Made by a program: the position numbers and the translations under genes | DNA from: a virus | Taxonomy: Duplodnaviria; Heunggongvirae; Uroviricota; Caudoviricetes | Length of the DNA: 13,710 nucleotides | IMG/VR virus record: IMGVR_UViG_2693429700_000003 | Span: 1-13,710 of that record | Strand: one strand, 5' to 3' | Notes under the pieces: generated by a model | Database searches by the model: none | Seen by the model: the letters and a program-made list of their open reading frames with translations, nothing else | What the model was told of the DNA's origin: nothing | Part shown: piece after piece, positions 6,896 through 13,710 of the stretch | Numbering within the stretch: the first letter of the stretch is position 1 | How the letters are laid out: every line of letters begins with the position of its first letter

Positions 6896-7159
6896 ATGGC
6901 AACTTTGACAAAAAAAGAACGGGCATGGTTAAACGAATTACAGGAAGTTCTTGATCGCTGTCCATCACCGAAAAAAATTGGCTTTTACACCATTGGCGAT
7001 AAAAGCATTTACCTGTATGACCTACGCCGCATGGATGAAATCATGGAGGCTCTTGATAATCGTTCGTCGATGGATTGGTGTGTTGCTGTTCATGATATGA
7101 ATGCAGGGTTTGATGAAAAGATTTTGTTCCCCTCATCAGTTGAAAGCACTGCGGGTTAA
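6896..7159 (+). CDS. Hypothetical protein, 87 aa
   Basis: ATG 6896 with AAGGAAAA upstream (internal start of track ORF 6806..7159). Confidence 0.6.
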   Translation: MATLTKKERAWLNELQEVLDRCPSPKKIGFYTIGDKSIYLYDLRRMDEIMEALDNRSSMDWCVAVHDMNAGFDEKILFPSSVESTAG

Positions 7160-7169
7160 GGAGTAACAC

Positions 7170-8039
7170 ATGACCACTATTACCAAAGAACGTATTGAAT
7201 TGTTCATTAAAAATCCGGTTGAAAACGGGCTTACCCGTGGTGAACAAATGGAACTGGCACGGATTGCGCTGGCATCGCTGGAAGCAGAGCCGGTGGCAAA
7301 GATTATAGCTCATTACCCATTAGGGGTTGACGTAGGCAAACAAAAATTCGTACAGGCCATTAGAGAGCTTCCTGACTTTGGCGGATATCTATTTGCCGCC
7401 CCTCCAGCGCCGATAGTGCCGGAAGAAATGTATTGGCAGGATGCGCCAGTTGAAGGCAGCAGCAAAGCGGCTGCATACGCTACAGGCTGGAACGATTGCC
7501 GCGAAGCCATGCTTCAGTCCGGAAACTTTCGGGAAAATAAAGATTCGTCAACCAATAATTTTCGGAAAATCCCGGAAGCGTCAACCAGCTCTCCGGTAAC
7601 TCCGGCTCTTCTGCCTGGTGGTTTCACCATTGAGGAGGCGAAGGAATTACATGAAGACCTGGTACGCAGCCACATAAGCAAGGCCTTAAGTGGCGAAAAG
7701 ATGAAAAAGAAAGATCGCGATGCTGATTTGCGCTGGATTCATGGCGTTATAGTTCAGGCAGCGTGGTTTGTAAAAGCATCACTGGAGCAGAATGCACTAT
7801 CGGGCAACTATCCGGTAACTCCGGATAGTTGGATAAGCTGTAGTGAGCGAATGCCGGATACCAAAACAGCCGTTCTTGTTGCCGTGGAGTTTGACAGGAA
7901 AGGTGACTGGCGAATGAAATGGGCGACTTACATCCCGGGTCATCCTGACGCTAATGATGGGTGGATAATTCCTGGTGCGTCGTGGAAACCGTCACACTGG
8001 ATGCCGCTACCAGAACCGCCGCAGGAGGTGCGCCAATGA
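7170..8039 (+). CDS. Prophage protein, 289 aa, with DUF551-like C-terminal domain (...SHWMPLPEPP)
   Basis: Track ORF; AAGGAG upstream; the C-terminal tryptophan/proline-rich signature is typical of DUF551 proteins of enterobacterial prophages. Confidence 0.7.
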   Translation: MTTITKERIELFIKNPVENGLTRGEQMELARIALASLEAEPVAKIIAHYPLGVDVGKQKFVQAIRELPDFGGYLFAAPPAPIVPEEMYWQDAPVEGSSKAAAYATGWNDCREAMLQSGNFRENKDSSTNNFRKIPEASTSSPVTPALLPGGFTIEEAKELHEDLVRSHISKALSGEKMKKKDRDADLRWIHGVIVQAAWFVKASLEQNALSGNYPVTPDSWISCSERMPDTKTAVLVAVEFDRKGDWRMKWATYIPGHPDANDGWIIPGASWKPSHWMPLPEPPQEVRQ

Positions 8040-8119
8040 ACTGGCCTGAAGCATTTGCAATTACAGGCGTTGCTATGGCTATCGCTTTTTTAGTATATGT
8101 TATTTGTCGGTGGGGGTAA
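8036..8119 (+). CDS. Tiny hydrophobic peptide, 27 aa (MNWPEAFAITGVAMAIAFLVYVICRWG)
   Basis: Not in the ORF track (too short); GGAGG 8 nt upstream; ATG overlaps the stop of the DUF551 gene (ATGA at 8036-8039); predicted single transmembrane helix. Confidence 0.45.
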   Translation: MNWPEAFAITGVAMAIAFLVYVICRWG

Positions 8120-8154
8120 AAACGTTCGCCGGGATTAACACCAAAGGAGGGAAT

Positions 8155-8259
8155 ATGTCGGATGATATATCACTGGCAATGGAAGGTGCGCTGGCTGTTG
8201 TTGCTGTTGTGGGCGTTTACTGCCTGGTTGTGTTTTTGATGGATCGACTAGGGAACTGA
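8155..8259 (+). CDS. Tiny hydrophobic peptide, 34 aa (MSDDISLAMEGALAVVAVVGVYCLVVFLMDRLGN)
   Basis: Not in the ORF track; AAAGGAGGG 4 nt upstream of ATG; predicted single transmembrane helix. Confidence 0.45.
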   Translation: MSDDISLAMEGALAVVAVVGVYCLVVFLMDRLGN

Positions 8260-8267
8260 ATTCATTA

Positions 8268-8289
8268 CGATATGGGAATTCCCATATCG
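8268..8289. repeat. Perfect 22-bp palindrome CGATATGGGAATTCCCATATCG (candidate protein-binding site or RNA hairpin)
   Basis: Direct inspection; centred on GAATTC; immediately downstream of the second tiny peptide ORF. Confidence 0.6.
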
Positions 8290-8448
8290 GGTAAAAACGG
8301 TTTGCGGGAAAAGGAGAGTTAAGTAGAATTGCTGCGGGTGCTTGAGGCTATCTGTCTCAGGCATGAACACCAAAAGGCAGATAGAGAAAAGCCCCAGTTA
8401 ACATTACGCGTCCGGCAAGACGCTTAACATTAATCTGAGGCCATATCT

Positions 8449-8655
8449 ATGCTCTACACACGTAGGTTAGCCTCTTACGGACCGAAAGGTCAAGGAGAAG
8501 CAGGCTATGAAGCAGCAAAAGGCGATGTTAATCGCCCTGATCGTCATCTGTTTAACCGTCATAGTGACGGCACTGGTAACGAGGAAAGACCTCTGCGAGG
8601 TACGAATCCGAACCGGCCAGACGGAGGTCGCTGTCTTCACAGCTTACGAACCTGA
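8449..8655 (+). CDS. mok-like overlapping reading frame (translation-coupling frame of a hok locus), 68 aa
   Basis: Track ORF; starts 58 nt upstream of hok and overlaps it out of frame, as mok does in hok/sok loci. Confidence 0.5.
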   Translation: MLYTRRLASYGPKGQGEAGYEAAKGDVNRPDRHLFNRHSDGTGNEERPLRGTNPNRPDGGRCLHSLRT

Positions 8656-8662
8656 GGAGTAA
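8507..8662 (+). CDS. hokD: Hok-family type I toxin (HokD/RelF-like), 51 aa
   Basis: Manual translation MKQQKAMLIALIVICLTVIVTALVTRKDLCEVRIRTGQTEVAVFTAYEPEE matches the Hok/Gef family as I recall it (hydrophobic helix then TRKxLCEVR motif); not in the ORF track (too short). Confidence 0.85.
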   Translation: MKQQKAMLIALIVICLTVIVTALVTRKDLCEVRIRTGQTEVAVFTAYEPEE

Positions 8663-8731
8663 GAGACCCGGCGAGGGAGAAATCCCTCGCCACCTCTGAT
8701 GTGGCAGGCATTCTCAACGCACCCGCACTTA

Positions 8732-8760
8732 ACCCGCTTCGGCGGGTTTTTGTTTTTATT
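8732..8760 (+). terminator. Rho-independent terminator at the 3' end of the hok mRNA
   Basis: ACCCGC-TTCG-GCGGGT hairpin followed by TTTTTGTTTTTATTTT. Confidence 0.75.
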
Positions 8761-8878
8761 TTCAACGCATTTGAAGTTCTGGACGGTGCCGGAATAGAAT
8801 CAAAAATACTTAAGTAGCGCGCAGGGATAAGAGGGATGGTCCCTTAAAGGGGAGAGCTAATTATCCGGAAGGATTCTG

Positions 8879-9130
8879 ATGATGAACATCGAAGAACTGC
8901 GTAAAATTTTTTGTGAAGATGGCCTCTATGCTGTGTGCGTTGAAAATGGAAATATTGTTAGTCATTACCGCATTGTGTGTTTGCAAAAAAATGGGGCTGC
9001 GTTAATTAATTTTGTGGATGCCCGAGTGACGGACGGATTTATCTTGCGCGACGGTGAGTTTGTCACTTCATTACAGGTATTGAAAGAGATCGGAATAAAA
9101 GCTGGCTTTTCTGCTTTTTCAGAAGAATAA
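8879..9130 (+). CDS. Hypothetical protein, 83 aa (same size and position as rem next to hokD in Qin; sequence identity unverified)
   Basis: Track ORF; GGAAGGA upstream. Confidence 0.6.
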   Translation: MMNIEELRKIFCEDGLYAVCVENGNIVSHYRIVCLQKNGAALINFVDARVTDGFILRDGEFVTSLQVLKEIGIKAGFSAFSEE

Positions 9131-9196
9131 ACTCATCTACAATCTTGCGCGGGGCTGAACTCCCGCTGAGTAACACCGTGCCACCGGAGAAAACCG

Positions 9197-9475
9197 ATGG
9201 CACGCAACGCAAAATATTACAAACATGATAATTCGACCGTTCTTGCCCACACGCACGAGCGGTATTCTCACGCATTTAAGTCAGACTGGTACCAGCATCC
9301 CCCATGCACTGAAGAACAGGCCGAATGGCTCATTCAGTGTTACCGCAGGCGCGGATGCGAGGTTAAAAAAGCCCTTAGCCTCGACTACCGTCACTGGATA
9401 ATCTCCGTCAGGCTGCCTTACTCCGAACGCCCACCGCGTCCGTCCCGCACATTCCAGCAACGCATCTGGAGGTAA
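9197..9475 (+). CDS. Hypothetical protein, 92 aa
   Basis: Track ORF; GGAGAAAA upstream of ATG. Confidence 0.55.
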   Translation: MARNAKYYKHDNSTVLAHTHERYSHAFKSDWYQHPPCTEEQAEWLIQCYRRRGCEVKKALSLDYRHWIISVRLPYSERPPRPSRTFQQRIWR

Positions 9476-9476
9476 C

Positions 9477-10535
9477 GTGCGGGTATTACTTCGACCTGTT
9501 CTGGTACCGGAACTCGGGCTGGTGATCGTTAAGCCGGGCCGTGAATCCATGCCGGTATTCCACAATACCCGGGTACTGGTGGAGCCGGAACCGAAAAGCA
9601 TGCGTAATCTGCCGTCCGGGGTCGTTCCTGCCGTTCGCCAGCCGCTGGCGGAGGATAAATCATTACTGCCATTTTTCAGCGACGAACGAGTGATTCGTGC
9701 TGCTGGTGGCGCTGGCGCACTGTCTGACTGGCTCCTGCGTCATGTCAAATCCTGCCAGTGGCCTCATGGTGACTACCATCACAGTGAAACCGTCATACAT
9801 CGTTATGGTACCGGCGCAATGGTGTTGTGCTGGCACTGCGACAACCAGCTGCGCGACCAGACCTCCGAATCACTCGGGCAACTTGCTCACCAAAACCTGT
9901 CTGCATGGATGATTGACGTCATACGCCATGCAATGAATGGCTCGCAGGAACGGGAATTATCGCTGGCTGAATTATCCTGGTGGGCGGTCCGCAATCAGGT
10001 GGCGGACGCGCTACCGGAAGCGGTATTACGTCGTTCGCTGGGGTTGCGTGCGGAAAAAATCCGCTCAATGTACCGTGAAAGCGACATCGTACCGGGAGAG
10101 CAGACCGCCACCAGCATACTGAAGCAGCGCACAAAAAATATTGCTCCGTTGCCTCACGCCCACCAGCAACAGAATCCACCACAGGAAAAGACGGTGGTCA
10201 GCATTGCCGTTGATCCGGAGTCACCGGCTCAGTATCTCCAGCGCCAGAAACCACAACGGGAAGATATGCCTGTATACACGCGTTGGGTAAAAACGCAGAA
10301 ATGCATGACGTGTGGCAATCAGGCAGATGATCCGCATCACATCATTGGTCATGGACTGGGAGGGATGGGAACAAAGGCTGATGATTTGTTTGTTATTCCG
10401 CTGTGCCGTAAATGCCATAGCGAACTACACGCCGGGGTAAAAGATTTTGAAGAAAAACACGGCAGCCAGCTGTTGTTGCTGATTCGTTTTTTAATGCACG
10501 CGAGAAATTCGGGTGTCCTGAAGTGGAAAGCATGA
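9477..10535 (+). CDS. DUF968-like prophage protein (YdfU-like), 352 aa, with C-terminal HNH/His-Me-finger-like motif
   Basis: Track ORF, GTG start with GGAGG 7 nt upstream; C-terminal CMTCGNQADDPHHIIGHGLGG...PLCRKCHSELH. Confidence 0.7.
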   Translation: MRVLLRPVLVPELGLVIVKPGRESMPVFHNTRVLVEPEPKSMRNLPSGVVPAVRQPLAEDKSLLPFFSDERVIRAAGGAGALSDWLLRHVKSCQWPHGDYHHSETVIHRYGTGAMVLCWHCDNQLRDQTSESLGQLAHQNLSAWMIDVIRHAMNGSQERELSLAELSWWAVRNQVADALPEAVLRRSLGLRAEKIRSMYRESDIVPGEQTATSILKQRTKNIAPLPHAHQQQNPPQEKTVVSIAVDPESPAQYLQRQKPQREDMPVYTRWVKTQKCMTCGNQADDPHHIIGHGLGGMGTKADDLFVIPLCRKCHSELHAGVKDFEEKHGSQLLLLIRFLMHARNSGVLKWKA

Positions 10536-10901
10536 ATGACTGAACGCATAGAATTTGTTTTGCCTTACCCGCCAACGGTGAACACTTACTGGCGACGTCG
10601 TGGCAGCACATATTTTGTATCAAAAGCCGGTGAGCGTTATCGCCGTGATGTGGCGCTTATTGTTCGCCAGCAGCGGCTGAAATTAAACCTGTCCGGAAGG
10701 CTGGCGATAAAGATTATTGCAGAGCCACCGGATAAGCGTCGTCGTGACCTGGACAATATCCTGAAAGCACCACTGGATGCGCTGACGCATGCCGGACTTC
10801 TCATAGACGACGAGCAGTTTGATGAAATCAATATTGTGCGCGGTCAGCTCGTTCCTGGGGGGCGGCTGGGCGTGAAGATTTACAAAATTGAGAGTGAGTG
10901 A
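10536..10901 (+). CDS. rusA: RusA Holliday-junction resolvase, 121 aa
   Basis: Track ORF; motifs PYPPTVNTYWRR and DKRRRDLDNILKAPLDALTHAG match my recollection of E. coli RusA; start overlaps the upstream stop. Confidence 0.85.
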   Translation: MTERIEFVLPYPPTVNTYWRRRGSTYFVSKAGERYRRDVALIVRQQRLKLNLSGRLAIKIIAEPPDKRRRDLDNILKAPLDALTHAGLLIDDEQFDEINIVRGQLVPGGRLGVKIYKIESE

Positions 10902-11452
10902 TCGTAAATATGATATATCCGGAAATTACAGGCAAAAGCGGCGAGCATTTACGTCTAAAAACGCTGGAAGCCGTCTGGATCCAGGGGAAATTACGGATGT
11001 GGGGGCGTTGGTCGTATATAGGTGGTGGCAAACCAGGAAATATGTTCAATCAGTTGCTGACATCCAAAAAACTGACAAAAACCGCGATCAATGAAGCCCT
11101 GCGTAGAATCAGGGAGTCAGGGATTGATAAACCAGAGCTGGAAGCATTCTTGCGAGAGATGATCGCTGGCAGACAGAAGAGCTGGTTGTCTCACTGTACT
11201 GATGCAGAGGCGTTACGCATTGATGGGGTGATAAGTAAAGCGCTTGCACGTTATCCTGGATTGATTGATATCCTGCGGCAAAGGTACGAAGGGCGGGGGA
11301 TGAGTAAACGCAAAATGGCTGAATTGTTGAATGAGGTTCACCCTGAGTGGTGCTATGCAACATGCCGCAATCGTATAGATATGTGGCTGAGAATAGCTGA
11401 GTTTATTCTGTATCCACTGATGCGAGATGCATTTTCTTTTACTGACGCTTAG
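10898..11452 (+). CDS. Late-gene antiterminator Q, 184 aa (alternative ATG at 10910)
   Basis: Track ORF (GTG start overlapping the rusA stop); lies immediately upstream of a promoter-plus-terminator region, the classic Q/PR'/tR' layout; family assignment is by position and size. Confidence 0.6.
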   Translation: MIVNMIYPEITGKSGEHLRLKTLEAVWIQGKLRMWGRWSYIGGGKPGNMFNQLLTSKKLTKTAINEALRRIRESGIDKPELEAFLREMIAGRQKSWLSHCTDAEALRIDGVISKALARYPGLIDILRQRYEGRGMSKRKMAELLNEVHPEWCYATCRNRIDMWLRIAEFILYPLMRDAFSFTDA

Positions 11453-11618
11453 AATCTGGAGGGCGTTTGTTGTTGCACGAAGAGGATTTTTGGCTGGTAG
11501 TAAGGTTTGTGCAGTTTTAGAAAAAAAGCTTGTATTTTTAGCCATAAACTGTTTCAATCCAGCTACGCTTCGCAAAGCTGTACCGCGAGGCGAATAGCAG
11601 ACATGGACACCTGAAAGA
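11453..11618 (+). promoter_or_regulatory. Putative late promoter PR' / Q-utilisation region (exact -35/-10 not resolved)
   Basis: 166-bp non-coding AT-rich segment between Q and a strong intrinsic terminator; candidate TTGNNN hexamers at about 11471 and 11508. Confidence 0.45.
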
Positions 11619-11641
11619 ACCCGCTTTATGCGGGTTTTTTT
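11619..11641 (+). terminator. Rho-independent terminator (tR' equivalent)
   Basis: ACCCGC-TTTAT-GCGGGT hairpin followed by TTTTTTT. Confidence 0.8.
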
Positions 11642-11764
11642 ATGCCTGAAAAACGGCACAGAACATTAAACGCGCTGGTTGTTGTGAATACTGGTCTTTC
11701 AGCTTGCTGGCTTTTTCGACAAGAGGTATTGGTATGTCACGTTAACCGGAAAAGGGAAAAAGGC

Positions 11765-11962
11765 ATGCTAAAACAGCAGGATATGACCGAAACCGCCAGA
11801 GTGGTGTTTAATGAATTAAGCGTCACCGAACCGGCGACCGTCGGGGAAATTGCGCAGAATACTGACCTTTCACGCGAACGCTGCCAGTTAATACTGACTC
11901 AGCTTGTTATGGCGGGTCTGGCAGATTATCAGTTCGGTTGTTACAGACGCCTTCCGCAGTGA
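11765..11962 (+). CDS. Small winged-helix-like DNA-binding protein, 66 aa
   Basis: Internal ATG (11765) of track ORF 11642..11962 with AGGGAAAAAGG upstream; the N-terminal extension from 11642 starts right after the terminator T-run without an RBS and looks non-protein-like. Confidence 0.5.
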   Translation: MLKQQDMTETARVVFNELSVTEPATVGEIAQNTDLSRERCQLILTQLVMAGLADYQFGCYRRLPQ

Positions 11963-12112
11963 AGGCTTTTTAATTTGTGGTAATGGGCGGCTGGTGGGTG
12001 TTAGCGGCACCTGCCAGCCATCTGCTCATGCGTTGGGGTCACAAGCAAACCTCAGGCCCATCTGCTTTGCGCAAAAGCGGTATGAGCCTATCAGAGAAGT
12101 GCTTATTGATCT

Positions 12113-13162
12113 ATGGCTAATACTGTAAAAATATCCAGTTGTGAGTTAATCAACGCTGATTGCCTGGAATTTATCCAGACCTTACCGGAAAATTCTGTCG
12201 ATCTGATAGTCACAGACCCGCCATACTTTAAAGTGAAGCCCGAGGGCTGGGATAACCAGTGGGAGGGCGACGATGATTACCTGAAATGGCTGGACCAGTG
12301 TCTGGCGCAGTTCTGGCGGGTACTGAAGCCTACCGGAAGTCTTTACCTGTTCTGTGGTCATCGCCTGGCATCTGACACCGAAATCATGATGCGTGAGCGC
12401 TTTAATGTGCTGAACCACATTATCTGGGCGAAGCCGTCCGGACGCTGGAACGGGTGCAATAAGGAAAGTCTGCGGGCGTATTTTCCGGCAACAGAGCGCA
12501 TTCTGTTTGCAGAACATTATCAGGGACCGTATCGCCCGAAAGATGATGGCTATGTGGAGCAGGGGCGCGAGCTAAAACAGCACGTCATGGCCCCGCTGAT
12601 TTCTTACTTTCGTGATGCGCGTAAATCACTGGGAATAACGTCAAAACAGATAGCGGAAGCCACCGGAAAGAAAAACATGGCTTCGCACTGGTTTGGTGCC
12701 AGTCAGTGGCAGTTACCGAACGAGGGTGATTACAATAAATTGCAGGCGTTGTTTGCGCGTGTTGCGGCAGAAAAACATCAGCGCGGGGAACTGGAAAAGC
12801 CACACCACCAGCTGGTCAGCACATACAGTGAGCTGAACCGGCAGTATACGGAACTGCTGAGTGAATATAAAAATTTGCGGCGGTATTTCGGTGTGACGGC
12901 GCAGGTTCCGTACACCGATGTCTGGACGCATAAACCGGTGCAGTACTATCCAGGGAAACATCCGTGCGAAAAACCGGCAGAAATGCTGCAGCAGATAATC
13001 AACGCGAGCAGTCGTCCGGGAGACCTGGTTGCAGATTTTTTTATGGGTTCAGGTTCAACGGTAAAAGCGGCGATGGCACTGGGGCGTTGTGCGATTGGTG
13101 TTGAGCTGGAGACCGGACGTTTTGAACAGACAGTCAGGGAAGTTCAGGATTTAATCGTTTGA
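12113..13162 (+). CDS. DNA methyltransferase, beta class (N6-adenine or N4-cytosine), 349 aa; no partner restriction endonuclease in the window
   Basis: Track ORF; motif IV TDPPYF near the N-terminus and motif I FFMGSGST near the C-terminus (beta-class order). Confidence 0.8.
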   Translation: MANTVKISSCELINADCLEFIQTLPENSVDLIVTDPPYFKVKPEGWDNQWEGDDDYLKWLDQCLAQFWRVLKPTGSLYLFCGHRLASDTEIMMRERFNVLNHIIWAKPSGRWNGCNKESLRAYFPATERILFAEHYQGPYRPKDDGYVEQGRELKQHVMAPLISYFRDARKSLGITSKQIAEATGKKNMASHWFGASQWQLPNEGDYNKLQALFARVAAEKHQRGELEKPHHQLVSTYSELNRQYTELLSEYKNLRRYFGVTAQVPYTDVWTHKPVQYYPGKHPCEKPAEMLQQIINASSRPGDLVADFFMGSGSTVKAAMALGRCAIGVELETGRFEQTVREVQDLIV

Positions 13163-13211
13163 AACGGATGAGATTGCAGAATTAATTACGCACCATTATT
13201 ATTCTGCTCCC

Positions 13212-13287
13212 GGCCCTTTAGCTCAGTGGTGAGAGCGAGCGACTCATAATCGCCAGGTCGCTGGTTCAAATCCAGCAAGGGCCACCA
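13212..13287 (+). tRNA. tRNA with CAU anticodon, ileX/ileZ-like (tRNA-Ile2 type read after lysidine modification; Met not excluded)
   Basis: Manual cloverleaf: acceptor GGCCCTT/AAGGGCC, D-arm TAGCTCAGTGGTGAGAGC, anticodon loop CTCATAA, T-loop GGTTCAAATCC, 3' ACCA; close to my recollection of E. coli ileX. Confidence 0.8.
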
Positions 13288-13288
13288 A

Positions 13289-13365
13289 CCGCCACTAGCT
13301 CATCAGGAAAGAGCGTCAACCCTTTAAGTTGAGTGTGCGAGGTTCGAGTCCCCGGTGGCGGTCCA
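13289..13365 (+). tRNA. tRNA of uncertain identity: anticodon loop CCUUUAA (UUU at positions 34-36, Lys-like, but with non-canonical C33)
   Basis: Manual cloverleaf: acceptor CCGCCAC/GTGGCGG (perfect 7 bp), D-stem GCTC/GAGC, anticodon stem TCAAC/GTTGA, T-arm with TTCGAGT loop and one mismatch, 3' TCCA; starts 1 nt after the preceding tRNA. Confidence 0.55.
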
Positions 13366-13367
13366 GT

Positions 13368-13443
<76 letters not shown>

Positions 13444-13446
13444 TAT

Positions 13447-13521
<75 letters not shown>

Positions 13522-13525
13522 GTTA

Positions 13526-13573
13526 GAGTCTTTCAGTCTGCGATGATGGGAAATCCCGGAGTGACTGAAAGAC
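13526..13573 (+). other. Structured element after the tRNA cluster: 11-bp inverted repeat GTCTTTCAGTC / GACTGAAAGAC around a 24-nt loop that itself contains GGGAAATCCC
   Basis: Direct inspection; possible processing site or terminator-like hairpin, but no clean U-tail. Confidence 0.4.
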
Positions 13574-13580
13574 GTTTAGG

Positions 13581-13653
13581 TTATGAATGATCGCTTTTTT
13601 TTGCAAAATTGCTGTGCAGAAATACTAACCTTCGGGCAGGCGATCATTCATAA
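13581..13653. repeat. Perfect 14-bp inverted repeat TTATGAATGATCGC ... GCGATCATTCATAA separated by 45 nt, with a T8 run next to the left arm
   Basis: Direct inspection. Confidence 0.5.
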
Positions 13654-13710
13654 GCACTCTGCTTTTATTCCGATTAACTGTGGGTGGTTTGTTGGATAGA
13701 GTGCTTTCCT

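Noticed and set aside
6510-6968. 152-aa minus-strand ORF across the AT-rich moron
   Set aside because: Begins at a GTG with no RBS and overlaps three plus-strand ORFs that each have a Shine-Dalgarno; the translation has an implausible Pro/Gln-rich tail. Kept in mind as an alternative reading of the moron, but disfavoured
7041-7510. Minus-strand ORFs 7041..7313 and 7313..7510
   Set aside because: Antisense to the DUF551 gene region; no RBS
9063-11659. Minus-strand ORFs (9063..9275, 9281..9601, 9919..10182, 10221..10418, 10349..10549, 10393..10623, 10637..10831, 10828..11049, 11109..11363, 11213..11659) and short plus-strand ORFs 9697..9912, 9937..10122, 10888..11094
   Set aside because: All lie inside or antisense to the DUF968, rusA and Q genes; none has an RBS; 11213..11659 also spans the late promoter and terminator
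11642-11764. N-terminal extension of the small wHTH ORF starting at ATG 11642
   Set aside because: The ATG sits immediately after the terminator T-run with no RBS and the extension translates to a non-protein-like sequence; the internal start at 11765 has an RBS
11904-12961. ORFs 11904..12128(+), 12182..12517(-), 12585..12803(-), 12713..12961(-)
   Set aside because: Overlap or are antisense to the small wHTH gene and the methyltransferase gene; no RBS

Overview
This 13.7-kb window reads as the early-to-late core of a lambdoid, Qin/Rac-type enterobacterial prophage in canonical phage order. Leftward (minus strand): a dicB-type cell-division-inhibitor operon (ydfA-like gene, an AT-rich inserted gene pair, DicF sRNA, dicB, ydfD-like, partial ydfE-like) downstream of a DicA-like repressor. 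Rightward (plus strand): dicC-like cro, a CII-position gene, an O-like initiator with internal iterons, a lambda-P-like helicase loader, a nin-like run of small genes (AT-rich moron, DUF551-like protein, two tiny hydrophobic peptides, a hok/mok type I toxin locus, DUF968-like HNH protein, RusA), a Q antiterminator, a PR'-tR' late-control region, a small wHTH gene, an orphan beta-class DNA methyltransferase and four tRNA genes. All calls rest on reading the sequence and the ORF track plus recalled family knowledge; no searches were run. The strongest candidate for something undescribed is the AT-rich island at 1385-2036, a convergent, 3'-overlapping gene pair inserted into the repressor-controlled dicB operon. 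Secondary candidates are the two tiny hydrophobic peptide ORFs at 8036-8259 upstream of hok and the AT-rich moron at 6326-6900.
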